Below the pieces are notes generated by a model. The model saw only the letters and a list, made by a program, of their open reading frames with translations, was not told where the DNA came from and made no database searches. A DNA stretch of 34,342 nucleotides from a virus (lineage: Duplodnaviria > Caudoviricetes). The translations under genes were made by a program, and so were the position numbers. The stretch spans positions 1-34,342 of IMG/VR virus record IMGVR_UViG_3300042480_000339, one strand, 5' to 3'. Shown here piece by piece: positions 1 through 9,452 of the stretch. The first letter of the stretch is position 1. Each line of letters starts with the position of its first letter.

Positions 1-104
1 TTGTATTACTTGCATTCAAATCAGAAGCTATATTTGTTGTGTTTTTGTATAGTCTATGCACATTTGAACTTGTACGTGTGCCAACAAACAAACCTTGTCC
101 AGAT
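1..104. repeat. Terminal direct repeat, copy 1 (circular assembly overlap)
   Basis: Bases 1-104 are identical to 34239-34342, and a reading frame continues through the junction. Confidence 0.97.
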
Positions 105-688
105 GTTTGATTTGTTGTTATTTGATTTGCAGCGCTGTAATGATTAGATATACTTGCTTGTGATCCAGAAAATTCACCTCTAATGACTAACTGAATTACA
201 GGTATAGTTCCTGTAAAAGAGTTGAGCGCTCCTATATCTACTCCTGTACTTATACCAGGCACCCCAGAGGCAGCTGCTGTACGTGAATAGTACGACAAAT
301 GTGTGCTGTTGTTTGTTAAAGACGTACTGGCCGTGAGATTTGTGTCTGCAAATGCAGTTGTACCATTAGGCAGCACACCATTATTGCTATGTGTCCACCC
401 ACCGAAAAACTGTAATCTAAATGCTGCGCTCAAATCACGAGGATCTTTAAGATTGAACTTATGCGTGGTCGCCGTTCCACCCACGAATGGGTATATAGCT
501 TTCATTTTTGACCAAAGCTGCGCATGTTTTAATTCACGGACAAGCTGAATTATAGCGCGTTGTTGCTGTGATGATCTTATCTGCGCATTATCAAGAAAAG
601 CCCACGCATCGCGCTCCTCAGGTATCACCGTTAATCCTTTTGGATTACGCAATGAAAGCAGGTTATATCGTGCTGATCTTACGCTCAC
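1..688 (-). CDS. N-terminal part of a 289-aa putative virion fibre/spike protein spanning the circular junction (688->1, then 34238->34057)
   Basis: Not in the ORF track. Manual translation from GTG at 688 (GTGA overlap with upstream stop) gives MSVRSARYNLLSLRNPKG...LWSKMKAIYPFVGGTATTHKFNLKDPRDLSAAFRLQFFGGWTHSNNGVLPNGT..., open and in frame with ORF 34057..34329. I recognise the motif from uncultured freshwater phage structural modules; function is inferred. Confidence 0.85.
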   Translation of the reverse strand, partial: MSVRSARYNLLSLRNPKGLTVIPEERDAWAFLDNAQIRSSQQQRAIIQLVRELKHAQLWSKMKAIYPFVGGTATTHKFNLKDPRDLSAAFRLQFFGGWTHSNNGVLPNGTTAFADTNLTASTSLTNNSTHLSYYSRTAAASGVPGISTGVDIGALNSFTGTIPVIQLVIRGEFSGSQASISNHYSAANQITTNQTSGQGLFVGTRTSSNVHRLYKNTTNIASDLNASNT

Positions 689-1023
689 GTGATTTCACAG
701 CCAAATGCAGAAAAAGCAATCGTATCAGCGACCGAACTACGAACCGTTATTACATCAGTTGCTGCCAATGTAATACCTAACACAAGCGTAACAGTATCGT
801 TTGCAGATACATTGACGTCATAGGCAAGGTAATGCTGGTTGGCAAGTGTTGCGCCTGCTGGCCTTATTGCAATTCTATATTGCGCAGTAGTGCCGCCCGT
901 AGTAATGTTAGCCACAGTGATAGCTGATACAACAGTTGATGTTGCACTAGGTACTGTGTACAAAGTTGCGGCTGTTGTATTAGCAGGGGCTAACTGTCCA
1001 AGAACTTTATAGGTATTCGGCAC
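685..1023 (-). CDS. Putative virion structural protein (112 aa, beta-rich, Thr/Ala-rich)
   Basis: Start re-called to GTG at 1023 (TAGTG overlap): MPNTYKVLGQLAPANTTAATLYTVPSATSTVVS...AFSAFGCEIT. Lies in the post-capsid cluster. Confidence 0.75.
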   Translation of the reverse strand: MPNTYKVLGQLAPANTTAATLYTVPSATSTVVSAITVANITTGGTTAQYRIAIRPAGATLANQHYLAYDVNVSANDTVTLVLGITLAATDVITVRSSVADTIAFSAFGCEIT

Positions 1024-1262
1024 TATGCCCCCATAAGTAAAAATGGATGTAATGGCGTATCTGTACTTCCACCACCACCAGAAGGCACGGCCCACGTCTG
1101 GTCACCACGCAAAAACGTCGTGTTATTCGCAGTACCAGTAGCGAGCCGTGCTGTATCAACAAGTCCGGTAGTAATGTCAGTTGCTGCAATGTTGATGTTA
1201 TCACCGCTTTGCAGTTCCTGAATCTGACCAGACGTTATAACTAAAGGTTTCTTGACTGGCAT
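1023..1262 (-). CDS. Short fibre-like structural protein (79 aa)
   Basis: Contains the fibre-type motif ARLATGTANNTTFLRGDQTW and a GGGGS linker; coupled to neighbours. Confidence 0.7.
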   Translation of the reverse strand: MPVKKPLVITSGQIQELQSGDNINIAATDITTGLVDTARLATGTANNTTFLRGDQTWAVPSGGGGSTDTPLHPFLLMGA

Positions 1263-1265
1263 AGA

Positions 1266-1775
1266 TTAGGCAAGCGTAATTGGTTGCTGTTCTTCAAAGT
1301 TGATTTCGGTTGCTGACAAAGCAATTCCGATTTCCTGTGAAATATAGCTTGCTGTTGTCGGAGCCGTTGCAGAGGCAGCGCCCGCTGTTGAACCGCTTAA
1401 ATAGTAAGGAGCACCAGGCGTTAAACCTGTGAGCCCTGTGATTGTACCATCGAGGTACACCGTTGCGTTGTTAGGCGATGTGGAATTTGTAATCACAAAG
1501 CCAACAGCACGGCGTCCGTTGCTTGCGTCTGCCTTGCGTGCCTTGATGGTGCCGCCATCGTTAAACAGATTTACGAGGTTGCCAGCCGATAGGTTCTCGG
1601 TTGTTGCCGCAACCTTAACAGTAGCCCCAATACCTGTTGGCAATACCGAATTGTCCAGCTTGCCCGATCCGTCGAGAGCTATGATTTTGCCCGCTTCCGT
1701 TGCGCCTGATGATGATACGGTAGCTTCGACTTCTGCGAGCTGGCCGCTGTTATTCTTGATATACTTTTCTGCCAT
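1266..1775 (-). CDS. Putative capsid decoration/cement-like protein (DUF2190-like), paralog A
   Basis: Pattern ENLSAG..V...ADAS....AVGFV......ATVYLDG...GLTPGAPYYLS....G.ALSATEI; similar to the upstream 157-aa ORF. Confidence 0.6.
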   Translation of the reverse strand: MAEKYIKNNSGQLAEVEATVSSSGATEAGKIIALDGSGKLDNSVLPTGIGATVKVAATTENLSAGNLVNLFNDGGTIKARKADASNGRRAVGFVITNSTSPNNATVYLDGTITGLTGLTPGAPYYLSGSTAGAASATAPTTASYISQEIGIALSATEINFEEQQPITLA

Positions 1776-1776
1776 G

Positions 1777-2250
1777 TTACACCGTTTGAATGATTGTGTC
1801 TATGTCGATGATTAGTTGCGTCGCTGTTAAGGCCTTGCCTACGTGAACGACGATAGCGCCGCCAGTTGGCACAGTCTGTGTTAGTGTTCCGTTGGTGCCT
1901 AGGTAAACCGTGCCCTTTGTCCAGTTCCAGTTGGCATCTGTTAAGATACCCGAGATCTTAATCGTTACGTTCGCCCCTAAGCTTGCGGCCGTGTATACGA
2001 TGCCCACAACCTGTGCATTAGCAAGCGTGTTATTGCTGGCGTAGACAGCCTGACCCGAGGAGTTTGTAGTAACAGCACGAAGTGCAGACAGATTCTCACC
2101 AGCTACTAATGTGAGGTCATCAGAAATAGGCACCAAACCACCCGATGCAACATCGAGTGTGATAGTAGATTGGTCGACGTTCAGTTTTACGTCTTCGTCT
2201 GCAATGTTCAGACTAATCGTCGACTGATCTACGTTGATGGTGTAACTCAC
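1777..2250 (-). CDS. Putative capsid decoration/cement-like protein (DUF2190-like), paralog B
   Basis: AGENLSALRAV...VYASN...VVGIV...VYLGTNGTLTQTVP...VGKALTATQLII aligns by eye with 1266..1775. Confidence 0.6.
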   Translation of the reverse strand: MSYTINVDQSTISLNIADEDVKLNVDQSTITLDVASGGLVPISDDLTLVAGENLSALRAVTTNSSGQAVYASNNTLANAQVVGIVYTAASLGANVTIKISGILTDANWNWTKGTVYLGTNGTLTQTVPTGGAIVVHVGKALTATQLIIDIDTIIQTV

Positions 2251-2591
2251 TGGGTCACCTCACCAAGAACCGTCACGTAGCCACGTAGTAGTTCATTCGT
2301 TGAACTCGAGACCGTCTGCTCCAAATCCCAGACGTACACCTCGCCCACCGTCAACGATGACGTAGTCGCTGCACTTAGTGCCACCGAGAACGTGCCTTGC
2401 GAAGCGTTGACAGTCGTGATCGTGAACGTTGCAGCCAGCACGTTGTCGATGGTCCTAATCTGGCCGGCGAAGGTGTAACCTGTTATGTTGGTCACCACCC
2501 CGTTCGTCTTATGTGTGAAGGTACGTGCAAAGGCTGCCCCCTGACGGAGCTCTAAATCAACACGTGCACCTGATGATGATAGTATGACCAT
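2247..2591 (-). CDS. Ig-like/BppU-N-like structural protein
   Basis: LELRQGAAFARTF...NITGYTF.GQIR...G.F.VALSAATTS.L.....VWDLEQ...LLRG.VTV pattern of phage adaptor domains. Confidence 0.6.
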   Translation of the reverse strand: MVILSSSGARVDLELRQGAAFARTFTHKTNGVVTNITGYTFAGQIRTIDNVLAATFTITTVNASQGTFSVALSAATTSSLTVGEVYVWDLEQTVSSSTNELLRGYVTVLGEVTQ

Positions 2592-2614
2592 TGGAAACCT
2601 TTGCTGTGCTCACC

Positions 2615-2634
2615 ACTGGGCCCGTGGGCCCAGT
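2615..2634. terminator. GC-rich hairpin after the capsid and post-capsid gene pair
   Basis: ACTGGGCCC-GT-GGGCCCAGT inverted repeat in the 2592-2654 gap. No clear U-tract on the minus strand, so it may be a stabilising hairpin. Confidence 0.5.
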
Positions 2635-2654
2635 CGTCAGAACAACTTTGTTAG

Positions 2655-3092
2655 TTAGTCCTTGATGATGTTTGCAGCAAGACCGCGCTCGGTAGCGTCG
2701 TTGATGCCTTCGCCGTTGTAGAGAACAGCGATGCACGATCCGAAGGTACCTGTCGATCCGTCGCCAGCTGTAGCAACAACGTCGATATAACGCTTGCGAC
2801 CTGCAAGATTCACGAAGAACCCGAAGACCTTGTTGTCATCGTTAGCCGTTGGCAGTGCCGGTGAACCCGATGCTCCGTAAACACAGCCTGTTATGTCAGC
2901 ATAGCTGGAATCTACATCTGACTCCTGCAGCTTAAGGGCTGCCATTGCGATGTCAGTAGCACCAAGGCTGAAGTAAACAGCGAGCTTACCAAAGCCAGCC
3001 GTGTCGATGCTGTTAGTTGTAAACGATGCATTGTCAACGATTGCAGCTGGTGGCGTAACGTTGACAACCTTCACATTTTGTAGTGCGTTCAT
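2655..3092 (-). CDS. Conserved post-capsid structural protein (probable head decoration/cement)
   Basis: Immediately follows the capsid gene; IDTAGF...LGATD...KLQESD...YADITG...KRYI pattern. Confidence 0.65.
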   Translation of the reverse strand: MNALQNVKVVNVTPPAAIVDNASFTTNSIDTAGFGKLAVYFSLGATDIAMAALKLQESDVDSSYADITGCVYGASGSPALPTANDDNKVFGFFVNLAGRKRYIDVVATAGDGSTGTFGSCIAVLYNGEGINDATERGLAANIIKD

Positions 3093-3101
3093 GTTGTCAC
3101 C

Positions 3102-4451
3102 TTATGAGTTAATAGTTACGAAACCAACAACAGGGCCTGTTGTGCGTGATGCTGCTGTAGCATTGTAGTTGCCCATCTCATGCACCTTGATGTCGAGGTA
3201 CTGTGTAGCCTTGACATAGATCGTATCTGTGTCGAAGCCCTTGCTTGCGTCTTGCTTGATCGATGTTGCCATACGATCACCAAGAGTTGCAGCCTGTGTA
3301 AGGTTACCGAAGTAAGCGAACACCTGGCTGTTAGCATCTGCTGATGGCATCACGTCGACGAACTCGACAGGATAGCCGAAGAGGCGCTGACCGAATGAGC
3401 CAGCAAGTTCTGCAGCTGTTGATCCGCCTTGTGCGTATGCGAGGCGCTCTGCTGTCTCACCAAAAGCTACCTTGTTGAAGTACCACTTGGCACCTGTGAG
3501 TGCGTATGTTGGAACCTTGCGCATACCAGCAATCAGGTTGCCCATCGTTACCTCAGCGAAGGTGTTGCCAGCGCATACCTGTGCTGATCCGAGGTAGCCC
3601 TTGTGTGTGTCGTTTGTCCATGTTCCGCCGCCATCCTCGAGAACCTTGCGGAGCTTGCCAGCAAGACCGAGAACACCGCCGTATGTAGACGTACCATCAC
3701 CCAAGAACCCAGCTTCGTCTTCCTTCTTTGCGAATTGGCGTGCTACCGATTCAGCAAAGCGAAGGCCAAGATTTTGTGTGCTGTTCATTACAAGTTCTTC
3801 AGAGAGAACAGCGAGGGCATACATCTTCTTGGCATTGAGCGTGACAGCGTCGAATGTCATGTCAGATGATGACAGTGTGCCTTGCTCAGATCCCCAGTAT
3901 GCCGTCACGTCATCGCCTGTGCGGAAGATGCGGATTGATTCCGATCCCATAGGCTCAACACGTGTGTTGCGACGGAATGATCCGTATGTGTCCTTCAGGT
4001 TGACGATAAGGCTTGATGTCTCCGTAGGAACGAAGATACCGCCTGTGGCGTCGTTGCCTTGTGTGTGTGACTTGTACTCAACACCTGTTACTTCGGCGTA
4101 CTTTTGACGTGCTGTCTCATTAGCAAGACCACCTACAAACAAGCCTGTTACATATGCTTTGTACTCAGCATCTGGCATGTTGGCCTTTGCTGATGATTCG
4201 CCGACCTTGATGTCGTTTGACTTTGGCAGCTTGTTTACTGCTGTCTTCACTTCTGTCTGGCGTTGTGCGTTCTTGGCCTTGATAGCTTCGAACGACTTTA
4301 CTTCGTTAGCCTGCTCATTGAGCGCGTCGATTTCAGCGTTCAATGTCTGTGCAGACTTTACTTCGTCCATCGTTGGCTCTGTCTTAGCAAGGAGCGTTTC
4401 AAGCTCTGCAGACTTCGCGCTGATGGCGTCGTTGATCTGTTGCAAATTCAT
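3102..4451 (-). CDS. Major capsid protein, HK97 fold, with N-terminal coiled-coil delta (scaffold) domain
   Basis: Helical N-terminus; GGIFVP, VTLNAKKMYALAVLSEELV, KEDEAGFLGDG, RLFGYPV and YFGNL motifs; follows the protease. Confidence 0.95.
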   Translation of the reverse strand: MNLQQINDAISAKSAELETLLAKTEPTMDEVKSAQTLNAEIDALNEQANEVKSFEAIKAKNAQRQTEVKTAVNKLPKSNDIKVGESSAKANMPDAEYKAYVTGLFVGGLANETARQKYAEVTGVEYKSHTQGNDATGGIFVPTETSSLIVNLKDTYGSFRRNTRVEPMGSESIRIFRTGDDVTAYWGSEQGTLSSSDMTFDAVTLNAKKMYALAVLSEELVMNSTQNLGLRFAESVARQFAKKEDEAGFLGDGTSTYGGVLGLAGKLRKVLEDGGGTWTNDTHKGYLGSAQVCAGNTFAEVTMGNLIAGMRKVPTYALTGAKWYFNKVAFGETAERLAYAQGGSTAAELAGSFGQRLFGYPVEFVDVMPSADANSQVFAYFGNLTQAATLGDRMATSIKQDASKGFDTDTIYVKATQYLDIKVHEMGNYNATAASRTTGPVVGFVTINS

Positions 4452-5197
4452 GATTGTTTCCTCTTGTTTACTAATGCCCGCAGGGCTTCCATTTCCATGG
4501 CAGCCTTTGCGGAAACCGGTTGTGCCGCCTCGATAAGCATTTTGATATTGCCCACCGCTGCAGTCAGTGTGTCCATCAATTCGGTCAAGCGTGCCACGTT
4601 AGCCGACGATAGCGTGCGCCCTTCCTTTTGCCTAATTTCTGCGCGTTCGTTCAACCTTGTGATGATACGGCCGACGTCAGCTCCAACGTCTTCCAAGTCA
4701 TCGTTAAGTCCCTTAGCGCTAATAAGTGCCGTCTGTGAGTTAGCACCGAAGAGCACGGGTGACCACTCGTAAAGTTTGCCCTTTACCAGTTCACGTGCTC
4801 CATCCTGTGCAAATGTTTCTTCGACTACAGAATAACCGATCGAGAACTCGTCGATGATACCTTCCTTGATGTCGGAGTAGGTCTCACGTCCTCGCTGTGT
4901 GTTCATGTTGAACTGGCCCCTGATATACAGGCCACCAAGGTCTTTCAAGCTATCAGGCAGCATGGCGTCGCCTGGCATTAGCTCACGTGCTTCTAATGTC
5001 TTCGCCACTGGTGTCTTCCAGTCGTGAGCCCAGACGCCCTTTGGCAGTTTGGTCTTCAGCGAGTCGTCGAAGAAACCGTATTTCACACGGTCGCCGTAGC
5101 TGTCGACGTTGTTAAACACGGAGACAATGGCCTCGATTACGCCACTGTCACCTTCTGCCTTAGCTTGAAATTCGAAAGTCTTACGTTCAATTTTCAT
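4448..5197 (-). CDS. HK97-family prohead protease
   Basis: SVFNNVDSYGD, WAHDW, FSIGY (catalytic Ser) and LYEWSPVLFGAN motifs. Confidence 0.95.
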   Translation of the reverse strand: MKIERKTFEFQAKAEGDSGVIEAIVSVFNNVDSYGDRVKYGFFDDSLKTKLPKGVWAHDWKTPVAKTLEARELMPGDAMLPDSLKDLGGLYIRGQFNMNTQRGRETYSDIKEGIIDEFSIGYSVVEETFAQDGARELVKGKLYEWSPVLFGANSQTALISAKGLNDDLEDVGADVGRIITRLNERAEIRQKEGRTLSSANVARLTELMDTLTAAVGNIKMLIEAAQPVSAKAAMEMEALRALVNKRKQS

Positions 5198-5226
5198 GGT
5201 GTGTTCCCCATACCATACGAATTTGG

Positions 5227-5253
5227 GTTATGCTGTTGTTTAATTATCCACAA
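5227..5253 (-). promoter_or_regulatory. Perfect DnaA box plus AGCATAAC element upstream of the protease-capsid genes
   Basis: TTATCCACA at 5244-5252; the minus strand reads TTGTGGATAA-N9-AGCATAAC immediately after the portal stop codon. Confidence 0.7.
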
Positions 5254-5254
5254 G

Positions 5255-7180
5255 TTAGGCTTGCCTTGCACGTGTGAAGCATCGGCAGTTGACGGCATTC
5301 CATGCCGATAGTCCATCGCCTGCTGGATAAGGTGTTGTTTCACCACCTACCAAGAAAAGCCCAGGGCCTGCCTTTTCCCCTTCGAGTTGGTCATGCGCTG
5401 CCATATGCTCGTCACGTGCCCCTGACAAGGCCACCCACGACCGTCTGATCCCGCCCAATTCATCCCAGACGGATTTCTGCACAGTGCCTGTGGTGGCTGT
5501 GGCTGTAGTCCTTGCGATGGCGTTAGCACGTGATACCTTGAGGTCGGAAAATTTTTCCTTCAAAAGCCTTGCCAGTTCCTCCTCGCCTACGCCAGCGTTC
5601 TGTCGTAGTAGAGTCTGTATGTCGGTTCTGATGGTTCCTACGGAATCCGCTATCTTATTTGCGCTCTCTGTTATACCAGCCTCACGGCCCCGTGTGAACT
5701 CGCCCTCAGCGTCGACCTCTTCTTGTGCCAATGCCAGCACGATCTCTGTAAGCTCGGTTCGGCTGTCCTCGGTTCCGTCAACGAAGTTCTTTTCCCACAC
5801 GTCGAGGCTGAACTGGTCGTCAATCTTGGTTTCAATGCGGAGCGCCTTAACGTCAGCCGTGATGGTATCGTAGAGATCATCCAGCACACGCCCCCACTCT
5901 TTGGCGATGTTTTCGGATTGCTTGTTCAGCAGATCGTCGTAGGCTTTGGCGTAGACCTGTGAGTCGGGATGCTTTAGCCAGGCTTTCGTTTCGGGGCCTA
6001 TGGTAACGCTGTAGTTTTTGTGAAAGTATTTGTCCGAAGACACGCCACCTCCGAGGCTGAGTGTCTCCGGTGAATCGTCGATATTATCAGCATCGCTGTC
6101 GTTGTCTGTAGATACCGCCTCCGTTGCCATAGCCTCGCCAGCAAGGGCCTGAACCGTAGATAGGTCGAAACCTAACTGCACGCCATATTCTGGGATTGCC
6201 AGCTGTGCGTTGATCTGATCTGCGATCATATTCCAGAACGGAACACGCACCATATTGGTAAAGTCTTTGCTTGCCTGTTCAAAATTGCTGTAGGTAGCAG
6301 ACGACAAGCCCATGTGCGTCCCTGCAATAATCGGGTGCACCTTATAAGCACCACAGATGCGCGTCTCGTACTGTCCAAACGTGTCTGATAAGCCCAGTTC
6401 ATTCCAATCAAGAGCAAGGCGTTTTACATCCCTAACTCCCCAGACGATACCCACGCTACCACGACGTTCGCCTCCGTACTTGCGAGAAAAAGATTTTTGT
6501 GCAAGTGAAGCCTGTTCGCTGCTGAGTTCCTCATCGTACACTAGCAACGTTTTGGGCATGGCGTCGTTCTTGTGGATGTTAAACACAGTCGATGTGGCTT
6601 CGTTGTAGCCCTCGATAGACTGCGCTGCTAACTCAACAGGGCTGCCACCCCCAAGGGTTTTCTCGGGGTCGTACCAAAATCCTTGAATGTGTACCACGTC
6701 TTCCTTGCGTACGGTGTAGGCTACCTGTCCATCGTAATACAGGTAATGTTCAACATCACCATACCCATCGTTGACAGGGGCGAAGTTTTTATCTGAATAC
6801 CAGCGCATGCCGATGATAGCACCCGAGGCGTTGCGTAGCTTGTAACCGTAGGCGTTGCCACCGATGCACAGGATCGTCATGATCTCACCAAAGGTCACAC
6901 GCCATTGGTTACGTGTTAGCATCCCCACGATAGGCGATTCGAAGTCGTAACCATTGGGCGTAATCACACCTATCTGCGCTTCCGGCATCATCAGCGAATA
7001 GGTCAGAGTGCACGCCACAGCCACGGGGTTCGCCTTCCACATCTGGTAAGCACCACGCCAGTTGACGATAGGTGTGAAGTTATGCTTGTTCCACAACTCC
7101 GTCACTGGTATAGGGAGGTCGTTCTGTGCGACCTCGCCAGTAGGGGAGATATACTGCTTAATCCGAGTTAGTATGCTCAT
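5255..7180 (-). CDS. Portal protein fused to a Mu gpF/SPP1 gp7-like head morphogenesis domain
   Basis: The N-terminal ~345 aa carry HK97-type portal motifs (NPVAVAC, GNAY, DVVHI, SPVE, ATYSNFEQA). An acidic linker follows, then RANAIART...W...AR.EH..H...YPA......NAVNCRC. Confidence 0.9.
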   Translation of the reverse strand: MSILTRIKQYISPTGEVAQNDLPIPVTELWNKHNFTPIVNWRGAYQMWKANPVAVACTLTYSLMMPEAQIGVITPNGYDFESPIVGMLTRNQWRVTFGEIMTILCIGGNAYGYKLRNASGAIIGMRWYSDKNFAPVNDGYGDVEHYLYYDGQVAYTVRKEDVVHIQGFWYDPEKTLGGGSPVELAAQSIEGYNEATSTVFNIHKNDAMPKTLLVYDEELSSEQASLAQKSFSRKYGGERRGSVGIVWGVRDVKRLALDWNELGLSDTFGQYETRICGAYKVHPIIAGTHMGLSSATYSNFEQASKDFTNMVRVPFWNMIADQINAQLAIPEYGVQLGFDLSTVQALAGEAMATEAVSTDNDSDADNIDDSPETLSLGGGVSSDKYFHKNYSVTIGPETKAWLKHPDSQVYAKAYDDLLNKQSENIAKEWGRVLDDLYDTITADVKALRIETKIDDQFSLDVWEKNFVDGTEDSRTELTEIVLALAQEEVDAEGEFTRGREAGITESANKIADSVGTIRTDIQTLLRQNAGVGEEELARLLKEKFSDLKVSRANAIARTTATATTGTVQKSVWDELGGIRRSWVALSGARDEHMAAHDQLEGEKAGPGLFLVGGETTPYPAGDGLSAWNAVNCRCFTRARQA

Positions 7181-8283
7181 AGGTCCAAAGTGTTTTGTTT
7201 GTTCTTGAAAGCGTGCTCAATCCTTGCACGTGCTATGTCTACATATTCGGGTGTCATGTCTATACCGATAAACTGGAACCCTTCTAAGATGGCAGCCTTG
7301 CCTGTGGAACCACTGCCCATGAAAGGGTCGAGAACTATGCCATCCGGTGGTGTTACCAGCCTGCACAGGTAGCGCATAAGCTCGGTAGGTTTGACGGTGG
7401 GGTGGTGGTTGGCAACAGGCTTACGTTGCACATCTGGAGTGTTGCCCATGTTTTGTCTTGACCATTCGTCTTGTGCATATGTACCTGTATGCTTTGTAGG
7501 CATCCCCTCGCACCCCTCGTCCCTATCTCGCTTGGAAGCTTTGGCGCAGTAGAAGTACCTTGCTGACTCCCCCATGCCGAAGACGGCCTCATCACTCCCG
7601 TCGTGGATAAGGTTGGCGGGGAAGCGGCCTTGTCCAGATTCGCATGGAACGCGAGACCCGTCCACATTAACGCCACCCGTGCCCCATTGCAGTACGTTCG
7701 CCGCTACCGTTCCCGTGAATGGCTTGCGTGCCACAGTAATAGGCTCCAGCGCAGGTTTGAGCGCAGTGCCCCAGCCTTGCCATTGTTTGGCGGCGGGAGT
7801 GGCGGGGGCGGGCAGCGGGCATTTGCATGATGTGCCATTGCGCGATTTGTTGCAAACACCACAAATAACAGCGGCGCAACCATCCGATAAGGCGTTTCTT
7901 TGCTTGGTTTTGCGCTTCTGATGTGGGTCGTCCTCACGTTCCGCCCCCGCGGCCTTATCTATCGCCTTGCTTATATCGTGCGACTTCGGGAAACCGCTGC
8001 CATACACCCACGCGATCATGTCCCGTATCTCAAACCCTGCATCCTCGATACGCACTGCCATACGGTGCTGTGTTCGTGTTCCCGCGAATGCGAGCAGATG
8101 CCCGCCAGGTTTAAGCACACGGAGGCATTCACGCCAGATCTCCTCGCTTGGAACGTCATAGTCCCACTTCTTGCCCATGAACGCCAGACCATAGGGCGGG
8201 TCGGTGACGATAGCGTCCACGCTGTTGTCTGGCATTGTAGCCAGAACATCTAAACAGTTGCCCGTGTGGAGTTCAAAACTCAT
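7177..8283 (-). CDS. N6-adenine/N4-cytosine DNA methyltransferase (beta class)
   Basis: N-terminal DPPY catalytic motif, HPTVKP, and C-terminal LDPFMGSGSTG SAM-binding motif. Confidence 0.93.
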   Translation of the reverse strand: MSFELHTGNCLDVLATMPDNSVDAIVTDPPYGLAFMGKKWDYDVPSEEIWRECLRVLKPGGHLLAFAGTRTQHRMAVRIEDAGFEIRDMIAWVYGSGFPKSHDISKAIDKAAGAEREDDPHQKRKTKQRNALSDGCAAVICGVCNKSRNGTSCKCPLPAPATPAAKQWQGWGTALKPALEPITVARKPFTGTVAANVLQWGTGGVNVDGSRVPCESGQGRFPANLIHDGSDEAVFGMGESARYFYCAKASKRDRDEGCEGMPTKHTGTYAQDEWSRQNMGNTPDVQRKPVANHHPTVKPTELMRYLCRLVTPPDGIVLDPFMGSGSTGKAAILEGFQFIGIDMTPEYVDIARARIEHAFKNKQNTLDL

Positions 8284-9452
8284 AGAAAAACAACCCCTGC
8301 ACCTTGCGACTTAACAGCCGCCATCTCAGCGTAAACGAGAGCATCCACCATGTCGTCGTGGTTGCCCTCTGGGAAAGAAAGTAGTTCCTGTTCGAATGAA
8401 GGTTCCAGCCCACGTACATGTGTTACCAGTAGCTGCTCATACCTTGCCAGCAAAGCGTGGAAACGTGTTACCTTGTCACGGTCTGGTTTAACAGCCTTGA
8501 CAGGTAGGGAGGTTTTGCGGAGTAGTTCCTGCACTACTGCCACCTGATACTGGACGGCCTCGATGTTGATACGTGATGGGTTCCATTTTGCCGCCAGGCT
8601 TTGTACGCCTTGGACGACTTCATGAAACCCCACCTTGCCCCTCCACATGTCCAGCACGTACCTACGCCCCGAGTCCTTGTCGTAGCCCACAACAGCGATG
8701 GCGGTGTAGTCAGCCGTGTCTGATTTGGAGATAGCAAGGTCAACCCCCATACCAATCTTCAGATCTCTAGGCACCTGGTCGCTGTTGACGTAGGTTATCA
8801 TCTCACGTTTAACCAGAGCACCCTGCACGTCTACAAACTCAGCCAAGTATTCCTGATTGAACACCACGGTAGGCAGTTCACGCTGTGCAGCGTCGATTTC
8901 ATCCTGTGCGATGTAGGGATTCACGCTCGTAGGCATACGGAAGGACGCATACGTCTCGTCCAGCCGTGCACGTTCGTACATCGCGTGGAAATCGTTGCGT
9001 CCCTTTGGCGTGCTGAAGAAATACCCGTCACCCTTGTAATCCGTCAACGTCGGACGGATCGCTTCGTTCCATGCGTCCATGAAGTTCCTGACCATCGCCA
9101 CCTCATCACAGACGACCCGTGCATACTTACGGCCCCGAACACTATCGAAAGCGTCTAATGACCAACAATCGATGATACCACCGGTCTCGATGGTAAGGCG
9201 TTTTTCCTGTTCACTTACACCCGTGATTATAGGATGCAACGTTGTCTTGAGGGCCTTCCAAACATCAGATAGCATCTTGTAAGTGGGGGCGAAGTAAGCC
9301 GCCGGTTTGCCCATTATAGCCGATTCGATAAGCAGGGCTTCCGCCATCACGGTCTTGCCAAACCTACGACCACAGGCGACCGTGTTGAATCGCCTCCGGT
9401 TACGGAAGATTAGCTTTTGACCGTCATGTAGCTGTGCGTCAATCGTAATCAC
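8280..9452 (-). CDS. terL: Terminase large subunit
   Basis: Walker A GRRFGKT, Walker B VVCDE, STP coupling motif; RNase H-type nuclease motifs GVDLA and HDDMVDAL. Confidence 0.95.
   Translation of the reverse strand: MITIDAQLHDGQKLIFRNRRRFNTVACGRRFGKTVMAEALLIESAIMGKPAAYFAPTYKMLSDVWKALKTTLHPIITGVSEQEKRLTIETGGIIDCWSLDAFDSVRGRKYARVVCDEVAMVRNFMDAWNEAIRPTLTDYKGDGYFFSTPKGRNDFHAMYERARLDETYASFRMPTSVNPYIAQDEIDAAQRELPTVVFNQEYLAEFVDVQGALVKREMITYVNSDQVPRDLKIGMGVDLAISKSDTADYTAIAVVGYDKDSGRRYVLDMWRGKVGFHEVVQGVQSLAAKWNPSRINIEAVQYQVAVVQELLRKTSLPVKAVKPDRDKVTRFHALLARYEQLLVTHVRGLEPSFEQELLSFPEGNHDDMVDALVYAEMAAVKSQGAGVVFL

Noticed and set aside
1-104. 104-bp terminal repeat as a biological terminal repeat or att site
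   Set aside because: It falls in mid-gene with the frame continuing across it, which is typical of assembler overlap on a circular or permuted genome.
5116-5123. Further ACACGGAG copies (5116 and ~8117 on the plus strand, ~30142 inside a CDS)
   Set aside because: Not positioned before credible starts; treated as background.
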